Assembly: GCA_030765805.1 (NCBI GenBank)
Contig: JAVCDH010000017.1
Span: forward strand, 2,467-66,466
DNA: 64,000 nt
Direction of reading: 5' to 3'
Source of the DNA: Candidatus Euphemobacter frigidus
GTDB taxonomy: Bacteria > Auribacterota > Erginobacteria > Erginobacterales > Erginobacteraceae
In this document: one piece after another, positions 1 to 7,027 of the stretch
How positions within the stretch are numbered: position 1 is the stretch's first letter
Layout: each line of letters opens with the position of its first letter
Position numbers and translations under genes: made by a program
The notes under the pieces: model-generated
What the model saw: only the letters and a program-made list of their open reading frames with translations
What the model was told of the DNA's origin: nothing
The model's database searches: none

Positions 1-147
1 GCTCGTATTCAAAGAGACGAAAAAATCACTCAGGTCCTGTTCTTCTCCCTCCTGACGGGTGATCTCAACATTTTTAATAAAAGGAATCTCACTAAAAACG
101 TTTTCCAACATTTGCCTGGATTTCTGTTCTATTTCATTGATTTTCAT
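1..147 (-). CDS. 5' part of a gene running off the window start (MKINEIEQKSRQMLENVFSEIPFIKNVEITRQEGEEQDLSDFFVSLNTS...), possibly another AbiEi-type antitoxin or transcriptional regulator
   Basis: ATG at 147 with AAGGGG about 7 nt upstream and an open frame to base 1. A sigma70 promoter and paired operators lie upstream. The family guess rests on context and a loose N-terminal resemblance only. Confidence 0.45.
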   Translation of the reverse strand, partial: MKINEIEQKSRQMLENVFSEIPFIKNVEITRQEGEEQDLSDFFVSLNTS

Positions 148-158
148 TCTATCGCCCC

Positions 159-178
159 TTTTCAGCGTTTGCTGAAAA
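159..178. promoter_or_regulatory. Palindromic operator TTTTCAGC-N4-GCTGAAAA
   Basis: Perfect 8-bp arms immediately downstream of the -10 box; the same core recurs at 234-253. Confidence 0.6.
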
Positions 179-179
179 G

Positions 180-208
180 AATATACACAGTAAAAACGAT
201 CCCGTCAA
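180..208 (-). promoter_or_regulatory. sigma70-like promoter TTGACG-N17-TATATT with TG extension
   Basis: Read directly on the minus strand, upstream of the ATG at 147. Confidence 0.65.
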
Positions 209-228
209 ATAAAAATTTTCATTAATTA

Positions 229-258
229 AGCCATTTTCAGCAAATGCTGAAAATGGCT
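229..258. promoter_or_regulatory. Palindromic operator AGCCATTTTCAGC-N4-GCTGAAAATGGCT
   Basis: Perfect 13-bp arms with the same core as 159-178. Confidence 0.6.
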
Positions 259-353
259 GTTTCAGTGAAAATTATAAGCCATTACCCCATCATCCTTTAA
301 CTGTTTTTTAACCTTCTATGAATATTTAACAATCGCTTAATTTAGGTAAGATA

Positions 354-497
354 TTAATTTCCGGACATTCTTACACAAGCTTTATCGTGTAATAATCGTG
401 TAAAAATCAGATTAATCATGTAGTTGTAAGAAATGACCTTAATTAAAAGTCTCTGGCGAATAGACGCAGGAATATTTTTATGCCGAGACGGCCTCAC
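354..497 (-). pseudogene. Truncated AbiEii toxin: the first 18 codons (MRPSRHKNIPASIRQRLL) followed by unrelated sequence
   Basis: GTG start overlaps the antitoxin stop (GTGA). The N-terminus aligns with MSSTKRKNIGHSVYQRLL of the intact toxin at 2196. Confidence 0.75.
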
Positions 498-1096
498 GCC
501 AACGCCTCAAGATAGGGGCGCATCACATTTGCCACGCGGCAAATTTTGGCGTTGGACCACAGATCATCCATCGAGCATAGTTTTTCCCTCCTGCACTCGC
601 GCAGAGCCTCCAGAACCACATCAAGTCCAATCTTGTTTCTGTATTTAAAGCAATCGGCAACAGTCTTCGCAACACTATATATTTTTACCGATACTCCTTC
701 TATTTCATGAACTTCAATACCGGCGTTGCGGGCTTCGCCCGAAAAACGAACAATCCTGATCGGAGGATATTTCATTCGGGGTTGCCGATCTTTTTCTCCT
801 ATGGCAATCCAGACCTTGTGAGGAATCTGAGTTCCTATATTATAGAATTGAAGAGCGGAAATAAGGCAGATAACTCCGTCGGGTACTCTCCGCGCGACCT
901 GAGCAAGATCATGATTCTCAGTAATATCAGAATCGGCCCGGATATATACTCCCCTTGAAGCTCTATATAGAAGCCCCTTTTCACAGAGACGGCTGAGATA
1001 AACTCTTGGTATCCCGAACTTATCTAGATCACGAGTCCGAAGAACGCCTTTTTCCCGGGCAAGTTTCAGCAGGTTTTCCGCATGATTCTTTTTCAT
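494..1096 (-). CDS. Type IV TA AbiEi family antitoxin
   Basis: N-terminal wHTH (LYRASRGVY), ICLISALQF, and KTVADCFKYRNKIGLDVVLEAL motifs. Confidence 0.9.
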   Translation of the reverse strand: MKKNHAENLLKLAREKGVLRTRDLDKFGIPRVYLSRLCEKGLLYRASRGVYIRADSDITENHDLAQVARRVPDGVICLISALQFYNIGTQIPHKVWIAIGEKDRQPRMKYPPIRIVRFSGEARNAGIEVHEIEGVSVKIYSVAKTVADCFKYRNKIGLDVVLEALRECRREKLCSMDDLWSNAKICRVANVMRPYLEALA

Positions 1097-1102
1097 AGTG
1101 CC

Positions 1103-1132
1103 ATTATGTTACATATTGCAGGTATTTGTCAA
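1103..1132 (-). promoter_or_regulatory. sigma70-like promoter TTGACA-N18-CATAAT, 6 nt before the ATG (probably leaderless)
   Basis: Read directly; no SD between the -10 box and the start codon. Confidence 0.55.
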
Positions 1133-1372
1133 TATCTCCCGACAATTAGTAACATTTCTTGTATCTATTCCATTATTATCCGAAGAAATATTTTTATCTC
1201 CTCCGGGTCGGTAGTGGATATCTTCAATGAAAAATCAGCGTCAAATCCCTACTACTGACAGAAAATAGACAATTCTTAAACCATCCTCCCCTACTCTTTC
1301 ACACTGATATTCAGCCTCCTCTTTTCGGGAAGGAATTATATATATGGGTGAGAAAAAATGGAAGGGAAAAGA

Positions 1373-1461
1373 AAGTGAGCTGCCGACTTCGCCAAAGTAG
1401 CCTCAGGCTACGACGGCTGAAAAAGTGAACTAAAGTTCGAAGTGAGTTAAAGTGACTAAAG
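1373..1461. repeat. AAGTGA(A)CT tandem repeat with an embedded REP-like palindrome (GTAGCC-TCA-GGCTAC)
   Basis: 1379-1428 is identical to 59109-59158. Confidence 0.85.
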
Positions 1462-1602
1462 AATCTTGCCCCGCAAAATGACCTGCGGTCATCGCGGGGT
1501 AAAAATGCAAAAATCCGTCCCGGCATCGAAAAGCAGAAAAAATTGGTTGCATATCCTTGGTACTTGTCTACAATTACCGAGGATATGCAACTGGAGGGAC
1601 CT

Positions 1603-2199
1603 ATGGATCGGAAAGAAAAAATCATCGAACTTGCCAAGCAGAGAGGGATCATTCGTCCCCGTGATGTCGAGGCGGCGGGGATTCCCCGCGAATACCTTCT
1701 GAGGCTATACCGAAATGGGGAGCTGGTTAGGGTGGGGCGAGGACTCTATGCCATGCCGGAAACGCTGACCAGCGAGTCCATTTCGCTGGCAGAAGTCTCC
1801 AAGAGGGTGCCGACTGCGGTAATCTGCCTGATTTCGGCCCTACAATTTCACGACCTGACAACACAGATTACTAACCGGGTGTGGATAGCCATCGAGAACA
1901 AGAAATGGAAGCCGGTAATCGAATACCCCCCCATCGAGCTTGTACGCCTGACCGGGAAAGCTTTCAACTTCGGCATCGAACAACACGAGGTAAACCGCGT
2001 ACAGGTTAAAGTCTACAGCCCCGCTAAAACAGTTGCCGATTGTTTTAAGTTTCGTAACAAAATCGGACTCGACATCGCACTGGAAGCCCTCCGCGAGACC
2101 TGGAAAAGTCGTAAGGCTTCGATGGACGAACTATGGGAAGCCGCCAAGGTGTGTCGCGTGGCGAATGTTATACGTCCCTATCTGGAAGCGATCACATGA
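1603..2199 (+). CDS. Type IV TA AbiEi family antitoxin
   Basis: Start moved to MDRKEK at 1603 (GGAGG SD upstream). Motifs GELVRVGRGLY, ICLISALQF and KTVADCFKFRNKIGLD. Confidence 0.9.
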   Translation: MDRKEKIIELAKQRGIIRPRDVEAAGIPREYLLRLYRNGELVRVGRGLYAMPETLTSESISLAEVSKRVPTAVICLISALQFHDLTTQITNRVWIAIENKKWKPVIEYPPIELVRLTGKAFNFGIEQHEVNRVQVKVYSPAKTVADCFKFRNKIGLDIALEALRETWKSRKASMDELWEAAKVCRVANVIRPYLEAIT

Positions 2200-3119
2200 G
2201 TTCGACCAAGAGAAAAAACATCGGCCACTCTGTCTATCAACGGCTCTTGAACCACGCAAAGACCCACGGCGATGACTTCAATCTCCTGCTCTTCCGATAC
2301 GGCGTTGAACGCCTTCTCTACCGCCTCAGCATTTCTCCCTTCGCCGATATATTCATTCTGAAGGGTGCAAGTCTGTTCCTCGTATGGAAAGGACAGAACT
2401 ACAGAGTGACCAGGGACGCTGACTTGCTTGGTCTGGGTCCTGTGGACGCAGAAAATATAGCCGATATTTTTAAGGAAATATGCCAGGCCGTCTCTGATGA
2501 TGTTGACGGCATTCAATTCATGCCCGACACCATCAGAGTAGCGCCTATCCGTGAAGAGCATGAGTATGGAGGTATCCGGGTAACGCTCGTGGGTATGCTC
2601 CATCATGCCCGTATACCCCTTCAGATTGACATCGGTTGGGGCGATGCCGTCACACCGGCACCGGAAAAGATCGACTTCCCGACGATTCTGGACGCTCCCA
2701 AACCACATCTTCTGGCGTACCCCCGGTATACGATGGTTGCCGAGAAGCTTGAGACCATGGTGCGACTGGGAATAGCCAACAGTCGGATGAAGGATTTTTT
2801 CGACGTCTGGCTGTTGAGCCGGCTGTTTGAGTTTGACGGCCGAACGCTTTGTGAAGCCGTGCGTAACACCTTCCAGCAACGCTCAACCCTCCTGGCGGCC
2901 GGGTTACCGATGGCTTTTACGGAAGAATTCCGGAAAGATACGCAGAAGCAGACCCAATGGCGGGCATTTATACGTAAGTCAAAACCCAAAACCGAGCCTG
3001 GGGACCTTGATACCGTTATCAGCGAAATATCGGAGTTCTTGCTGCCGGCAATAAAATCGTTGCAGAGAGATGAGATGCTTGAATCGGCCTGGGCGAAGGG
3101 TGGACCCTGTTGGAAGTGA
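2196..3119 (+). CDS. AbiEii/AbiGii nucleotidyltransferase toxin
   Basis: ATGA overlap with the antitoxin. Motifs FILKGASLF, TRDADLL, QIDIGWGD, AEKLETM and SRMKDFFD. Confidence 0.9.
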   Translation: MSSTKRKNIGHSVYQRLLNHAKTHGDDFNLLLFRYGVERLLYRLSISPFADIFILKGASLFLVWKGQNYRVTRDADLLGLGPVDAENIADIFKEICQAVSDDVDGIQFMPDTIRVAPIREEHEYGGIRVTLVGMLHHARIPLQIDIGWGDAVTPAPEKIDFPTILDAPKPHLLAYPRYTMVAEKLETMVRLGIANSRMKDFFDVWLLSRLFEFDGRTLCEAVRNTFQQRSTLLAAGLPMAFTEEFRKDTQKQTQWRAFIRKSKPKTEPGDLDTVISEISEFLLPAIKSLQRDEMLESAWAKGGPCWK

Positions 3120-3164
3120 ACTAAAGTTTGGAACTGGGGAATGGGGAATAGAGAATGGGGAATA
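3114..3164. repeat. AAGTGAACTAAAGTT unit followed by five GGGAAT(G/A)-type heptamers
   Basis: The toxin TGA stop lies inside the first unit, which is identical to 1423-1437. Confidence 0.8.
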
Positions 3165-3231
3165 AATGACGAAATCCGCCCCGCAAATCACGCACCACAG
3201 GGTCACATCACAGATAAAGAAATATTCGCCG

Positions 3232-3268
3232 GGGGATAGATACTCTACATGGAGTCCGGGGCGGAGAC
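3232..3268. repeat. 37-bp direct repeat, a copy of the argS 3' end (att-like)
   Basis: Identical to 4266-4302; imperfect similarity extends about 15 nt further. Confidence 0.9.
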
Positions 3269-3311
3269 CCCACTCGGTCTCGAGATTCTTGATTTCTGAA
3301 TGTTGGATCAT
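3258..3311 (-). pseudogene. N-terminal stub of an AbiEii-type toxin (MIQHSEIKNLETEWGLRP)
   Basis: Starts 4 nt after the antitoxin stop and resembles the MI..EI.....WGLRP..VEKDY toxin N-terminus. The resemblance ends where the argS repeat begins. Confidence 0.65.
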
Positions 3312-3315
3312 CGCA

Positions 3316-4143
3316 TCATTCGCCCGCTCGGAGATTCACATTGACTTCGAGATTCCACCGTCTGAGCAGCTTGCCCCGCATGGACGCAGACGGATCAAGC
3401 TTGGAGTAACCTGCACTGATATTCTTCTCGCAGAACATCACCGTATCGGGGGCGTTGATTCCAAGTGTCTCAATAACATATCCCAGACGCTTGATGGCAG
3501 CTCGATTGTTCAGTTTCTCAAGACATTCGCGTAACTCGTTGTCATCTCTGTGCTCACTATCGAAATACTCGGCTACGAACTCAGCCGCATGTTTCATCCC
3601 TCCACCGAGGCGTGGTGTATTCAGAATGTCCGCAATAGTTCGAGAGGGCGATGAGACAGACAGCTTGATGCTGTTCCGCCAGACCGTGGAAAGAGAGAAC
3701 AGTTTCTTATTTGGAATCGCGGTTATAACATACTTGGTTCCTTTGATAAGAGGCGTTCGGTCGCGCACAGGTGATGATGTGAAGACCACCACGTCCGAGA
3801 AGATTTGTTCTGTCAGTCCCCAATGCTCGGCAGCACTCCAGCCACCAATGTAACAAGGGGAGAAAATAGCGTTCGCGACAATCCAGGGATCTTCACGCCA
3901 CTCTGAAGGGTTACTCGCGTTGAGCGGTACGGTAATGTACGTACCTCGTCGTATTCGCGACAACCAGCCTCTCGACGACCAGTAGCAGAGCAGAGATCTT
4001 GTTTTGGGTCGTGACAGCTCAAGTGTCGCGGCGGCTTCATCTATGCCAAAAGGTGCAGAAAGTGCGCGATGCAGTCGCGACAGAAGCTCTCGATGGTATT
4101 TCGAGATACCCAACAAGTTGTCTCTGGTATATCGTGAGTTCAT
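3316..4143 (-). CDS. Type IV TA AbiEi family antitoxin (long type)
   Basis: Motifs GWLSRIRRGTY, YIGGWSAAEHWGLTEQI, SSPSRTIADIL, KRLGYVIE and RRWNLEVN. Confidence 0.85.
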   Translation of the reverse strand: MNSRYTRDNLLGISKYHRELLSRLHRALSAPFGIDEAAATLELSRPKTRSLLCYWSSRGWLSRIRRGTYITVPLNASNPSEWREDPWIVANAIFSPCYIGGWSAAEHWGLTEQIFSDVVVFTSSPVRDRTPLIKGTKYVITAIPNKKLFSLSTVWRNSIKLSVSSPSRTIADILNTPRLGGGMKHAAEFVAEYFDSEHRDDNELRECLEKLNNRAAIKRLGYVIETLGINAPDTVMFCEKNISAGYSKLDPSASMRGKLLRRWNLEVNVNLRAGE

Positions 4144-4174
4144 TTATCCATACTCCGTCTAAACTAATGCACGT

Positions 4175-4203
4175 AGAATATACCAAACCTATCACAGTGA
4201 CAA
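4175..4203 (-). promoter_or_regulatory. sigma70-like promoter TTGTCA-N17-TATTCT
   Basis: Read directly, upstream of the ATG at 4143. Confidence 0.45.
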
Positions 4204-4265
4204 GCGAAATATAGAAAAAAACAGGAAAAAATAGGAAGCGGGCGATAGAACAAGAATATTCACCC

Positions 4266-4302
4266 GGGGATAGATACTCTACATGGAGTCCGGGGCGGAG
4301 AC
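4266..4302. repeat. 37-bp direct repeat covering the last 7 argS codons, the stop and 13 downstream nt
   Basis: Identical to 3232-3268. Confidence 0.9.
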
Positions 4303-5982
4303 GCCGAGAATAGAGAGGCCTTCGGAGATCACCAGCTGGGTCGCCCGGGCCAGGGCCAGGCGGGCGGCCGTCAGGTCGGGATCATCGGTAATCACCCGGC
4401 AGTGATTGTAGTAGCTGTGGAAGATCGCGGCTAACTCCTCCAGATAGGCGGGGATAAGATGGTTCTGGTGGGTCAGGGCGGCCGTTTTAACCACCCCGGG
4501 GAAGAGAACAAGTTTCTTTATAAGTTCCAGCTCCGCCGGTTCGGAAAGACAGGCGAGATCAATCTTCGTAAAATCCGGCAGGGGGCGGCCGGTCACGGCC
4601 CGGAATTTCTTAAAGATGCTGTTGATGCGGGCGTGGGCGTATTGGACATAATAAACCGGATTGTCGTTTGTCTTCTTCCGGGCCAGTTCAAGATCGAAAT
4701 CAAGATGGCTCTCCTTCCGGCGGCGGACGAAGAAATAGCGGGCGGCGTCCTTGCCTACTTTATCCAGCACCTGTCGGAGAGAGATAAATTCACCCATCCG
4801 GGTGGACATCGAGAGCTTCTTCTTCCCCTCATAGAGCGTGGAGAGCTGGACAATGATAATATCCAGACGAGCGGGATTCAATCCCAGGGCTTTCATGGCT
4901 CCCTTCAGCCGGGCGATATAACCGTGATGATCGGGCCCCCAGAAGTCAATCATCTCTGAATAGCCCCTCCCGTACTTCTCCCGGTGATAGGCGATATCCG
5001 AACTGATATAGGTCAGATCGCCGTTTTTCTTTCTCAGGACGCGATCTTTCTCATCTCCATACGCCGATGAGCGAAACCAGAGAGCCCCGTCCTTTTCATA
5101 AGTGCTCCCCCGGGCCGCCAGGTCCCGTAAGACAGCCGTCACTCTACCTTCCGCCACCAGTTCGCTCTCACTCACCCAGGTCTCCATCTCGACACCGAAA
5201 TCCCTTAATTCTTTTTTGATCATCTCCAGCAACGCGCCGGAGGCGAAGGTGCCGCAGTAATCGATTGCCTCTTCCGGGGGTAGCTCGGACAATTCTCTTC
5301 CAGCCGGTTTCAGTCCTCCTTCCAGGATCCGGCGGGCCAGGCCGATGATGTAATCGCCCTGATAATAATCGGCCGGAAGATCAACTTCTTCGCCCCTCAA
5401 TTCACGCCAGCGCAGATAGACCGACTCTCCCAGGATCTTCATCTGGCGCCCGCGATCGTTCAGATAGTACTCCCGGGAGACCCGGTAACCGGCTTTGGCC
5501 AGGAGATTCGCCAGAACGTCCCCCACCGCCGCCTGCCGGCCGTGAGCCACAGTGAGCGGGCCGGTGGGGTTGGCGCTGACAAACTCCAGCAAGACCTTCT
5601 CCCCTTCCCCGGCTCTACTCTCCCCCCAATGTCCGGGAACTCGCAGAAGATGCCGGAGGGCGTCATGGAAGGCGCCCGGGGTAACTGTGAAGTTGAGAAA
5701 ACCCTTGCGGGGGTCGGCTTCCACCCGGGAGATGATCGTCTTCCGGCTGATCCGTTTCTCTATCAGGGAGGCAATGATCTTGGCCGTCTCAACCGGGGAG
5801 CGCTTTACCCGGGAGGCCACCTTCATCGCGATATTTGAGGCCAGATCACCATGCCCTTTCTCCCGGGGAATCTTAAGCTCGACTGAAGGCAGAGAGACGG
5901 GGGGAAGCAAGTTTTGAGCGGCTGCTTCCCGGAAAGCATTTCCGATCAACTCCGAGATACGATCGTTGATCTCAGGCAGCAT
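4279..5982 (-). CDS. argS: Arginine--tRNA ligase
   Basis: Motifs LEFVSANPTGPLTVAHGR, MSTRMGEF and YYVQYAHARI. Confidence 0.97.
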   Translation of the reverse strand: MLPEINDRISELIGNAFREAAAQNLLPPVSLPSVELKIPREKGHGDLASNIAMKVASRVKRSPVETAKIIASLIEKRISRKTIISRVEADPRKGFLNFTVTPGAFHDALRHLLRVPGHWGESRAGEGEKVLLEFVSANPTGPLTVAHGRQAAVGDVLANLLAKAGYRVSREYYLNDRGRQMKILGESVYLRWRELRGEEVDLPADYYQGDYIIGLARRILEGGLKPAGRELSELPPEEAIDYCGTFASGALLEMIKKELRDFGVEMETWVSESELVAEGRVTAVLRDLAARGSTYEKDGALWFRSSAYGDEKDRVLRKKNGDLTYISSDIAYHREKYGRGYSEMIDFWGPDHHGYIARLKGAMKALGLNPARLDIIIVQLSTLYEGKKKLSMSTRMGEFISLRQVLDKVGKDAARYFFVRRRKESHLDFDLELARKKTNDNPVYYVQYAHARINSIFKKFRAVTGRPLPDFTKIDLACLSEPAELELIKKLVLFPGVVKTAALTHQNHLIPAYLEELAAIFHSYYNHCRVITDDPDLTAARLALARATQLVISEGLSILGVSAPDSM

Positions 5983-6331
5983 TGTCTTCCCCCGAAGTCA
6001 ACGTCCGGGGAGCATCTCCCCACAACGTCTCCAGCGAATAGTAGGCGCGAGTTTCAGCCAGAAAGACATGGATCAGGATCACGCCATAATCCATGACCAC
6101 CCATCTTGCTTCCGGGAAGCCCTCGATCCAGCTCGCGCGGGACCCCGCTTTTCTGAGCGCCTCTTCTACCTCATCGACAATCGCTTTAACCTGCCGGGTG
6201 TTCTCCGCGCTGCAGATAAAGAAATAATCAGCGACCGAAGAGAGACCACGCATGTCCAGAGCGATGATATCCTTCGCCTTCTTTGTCCGGCATGCCCGGG
6301 CGGCAATCTTGATGATCTCCCGTGTCTTCAT
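5972..6331 (-). CDS. rsfS: Ribosome silencing factor
   Basis: Motifs KKAKDIIALDM, ADYFFICS, WVVMDYG and YSLETLWGD; ATGA overlap with nadD. Confidence 0.93.
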   Translation of the reverse strand: MKTREIIKIAARACRTKKAKDIIALDMRGLSSVADYFFICSAENTRQVKAIVDEVEEALRKAGSRASWIEGFPEARWVVMDYGVILIHVFLAETRAYYSLETLWGDAPRTLTSGEDNAA

Positions 6332-6954
6332 AACCGGTAAAGCCCTTTCTCCTTGATGTAGGCGGCTACCCCGGGCGGTACCCATTGATCCGGGTCGCTC
6401 CCCGCCCGGACGGCCTCCCGGATTCCGGTGGATGAGACCGGGAAGGAGAGCTTGATAATATTTGACCGATCCGGCCGGATGATCCTCTCGGCCCAGTACT
6501 TGTTCTTTCCGGTTAATCGTTCCGGTTTAAACTCGGGCCGCGTGACCACGATAAAGCGGCAGAGGTCGATCAAGGTCCCGATCCGCTCCCAGCCGGCGAT
6601 CTCCAGGAGACTATCCATCCCGATGATCAGGAAGATCTCCACCCCCGCTCCACGGTCCCGCTGTAGCTGGAGGATGGTGTCGATGGTATATGATATTCCT
6701 CCCCGTTCCAGCTCAATCCCGGAGATCCGGTATTCCGGGCAACCGTCGATCGCGCGCTGCAACATGGCGACCCGGTCATCTCCGGAAGCAACCGGCTCAC
6801 CGGTCTTATAAGGAGAGATCGCGGCCGGGACAAAGATAACCCGCTGAAGCCCGAACTTATTCAGCGCGGCCCGGGCCATCGCCAGGTGGCCGTTATGGAC
6901 AGGATCAAAGGTGCCGCCCAGGACACCGATCTTTAAGAGCTCTTGTCGGCTCAT
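6328..6954 (-). CDS. nadD: Nicotinate-nucleotide adenylyltransferase
   Basis: Motifs GGTFDPVHNGH, SYTIDT and SSTGIR. Confidence 0.95.
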   Translation of the reverse strand: MSRQELLKIGVLGGTFDPVHNGHLAMARAALNKFGLQRVIFVPAAISPYKTGEPVASGDDRVAMLQRAIDGCPEYRISGIELERGGISYTIDTILQLQRDRGAGVEIFLIIGMDSLLEIAGWERIGTLIDLCRFIVVTRPEFKPERLTGKNKYWAERIIRPDRSNIIKLSFPVSSTGIREAVRAGSDPDQWVPPGVAAYIKEKGLYRL

Positions 6955-6971
6955 TCGTTTATAGACAGGTG

Positions 6972-7027
6972 CTTCAGTTCACTTCAGTCACTTTAGTTCA
7001 CTTCGAACTTTAGTCACTTTACTTCAC
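6972..7027. repeat. ACTT(T/C)AG(T)TC tandem repeat
   Basis: About six degenerate 8-9-mer units; the proA TGA stop is in the last unit. Confidence 0.8.

Noticed and set aside
2979-3311. 110-aa ORF as a real protein
   Set aside because: Only the first 18 or so codons resemble a toxin; the rest reads through the argS repeat, heptamer repeats and the antisense strand of abiEii.
1-4302. Integron cassette array
   Set aside because: I found no convincing attC sites (RYYYAAC...GTTRRRY) and no integrase, and gene orientations are mixed.
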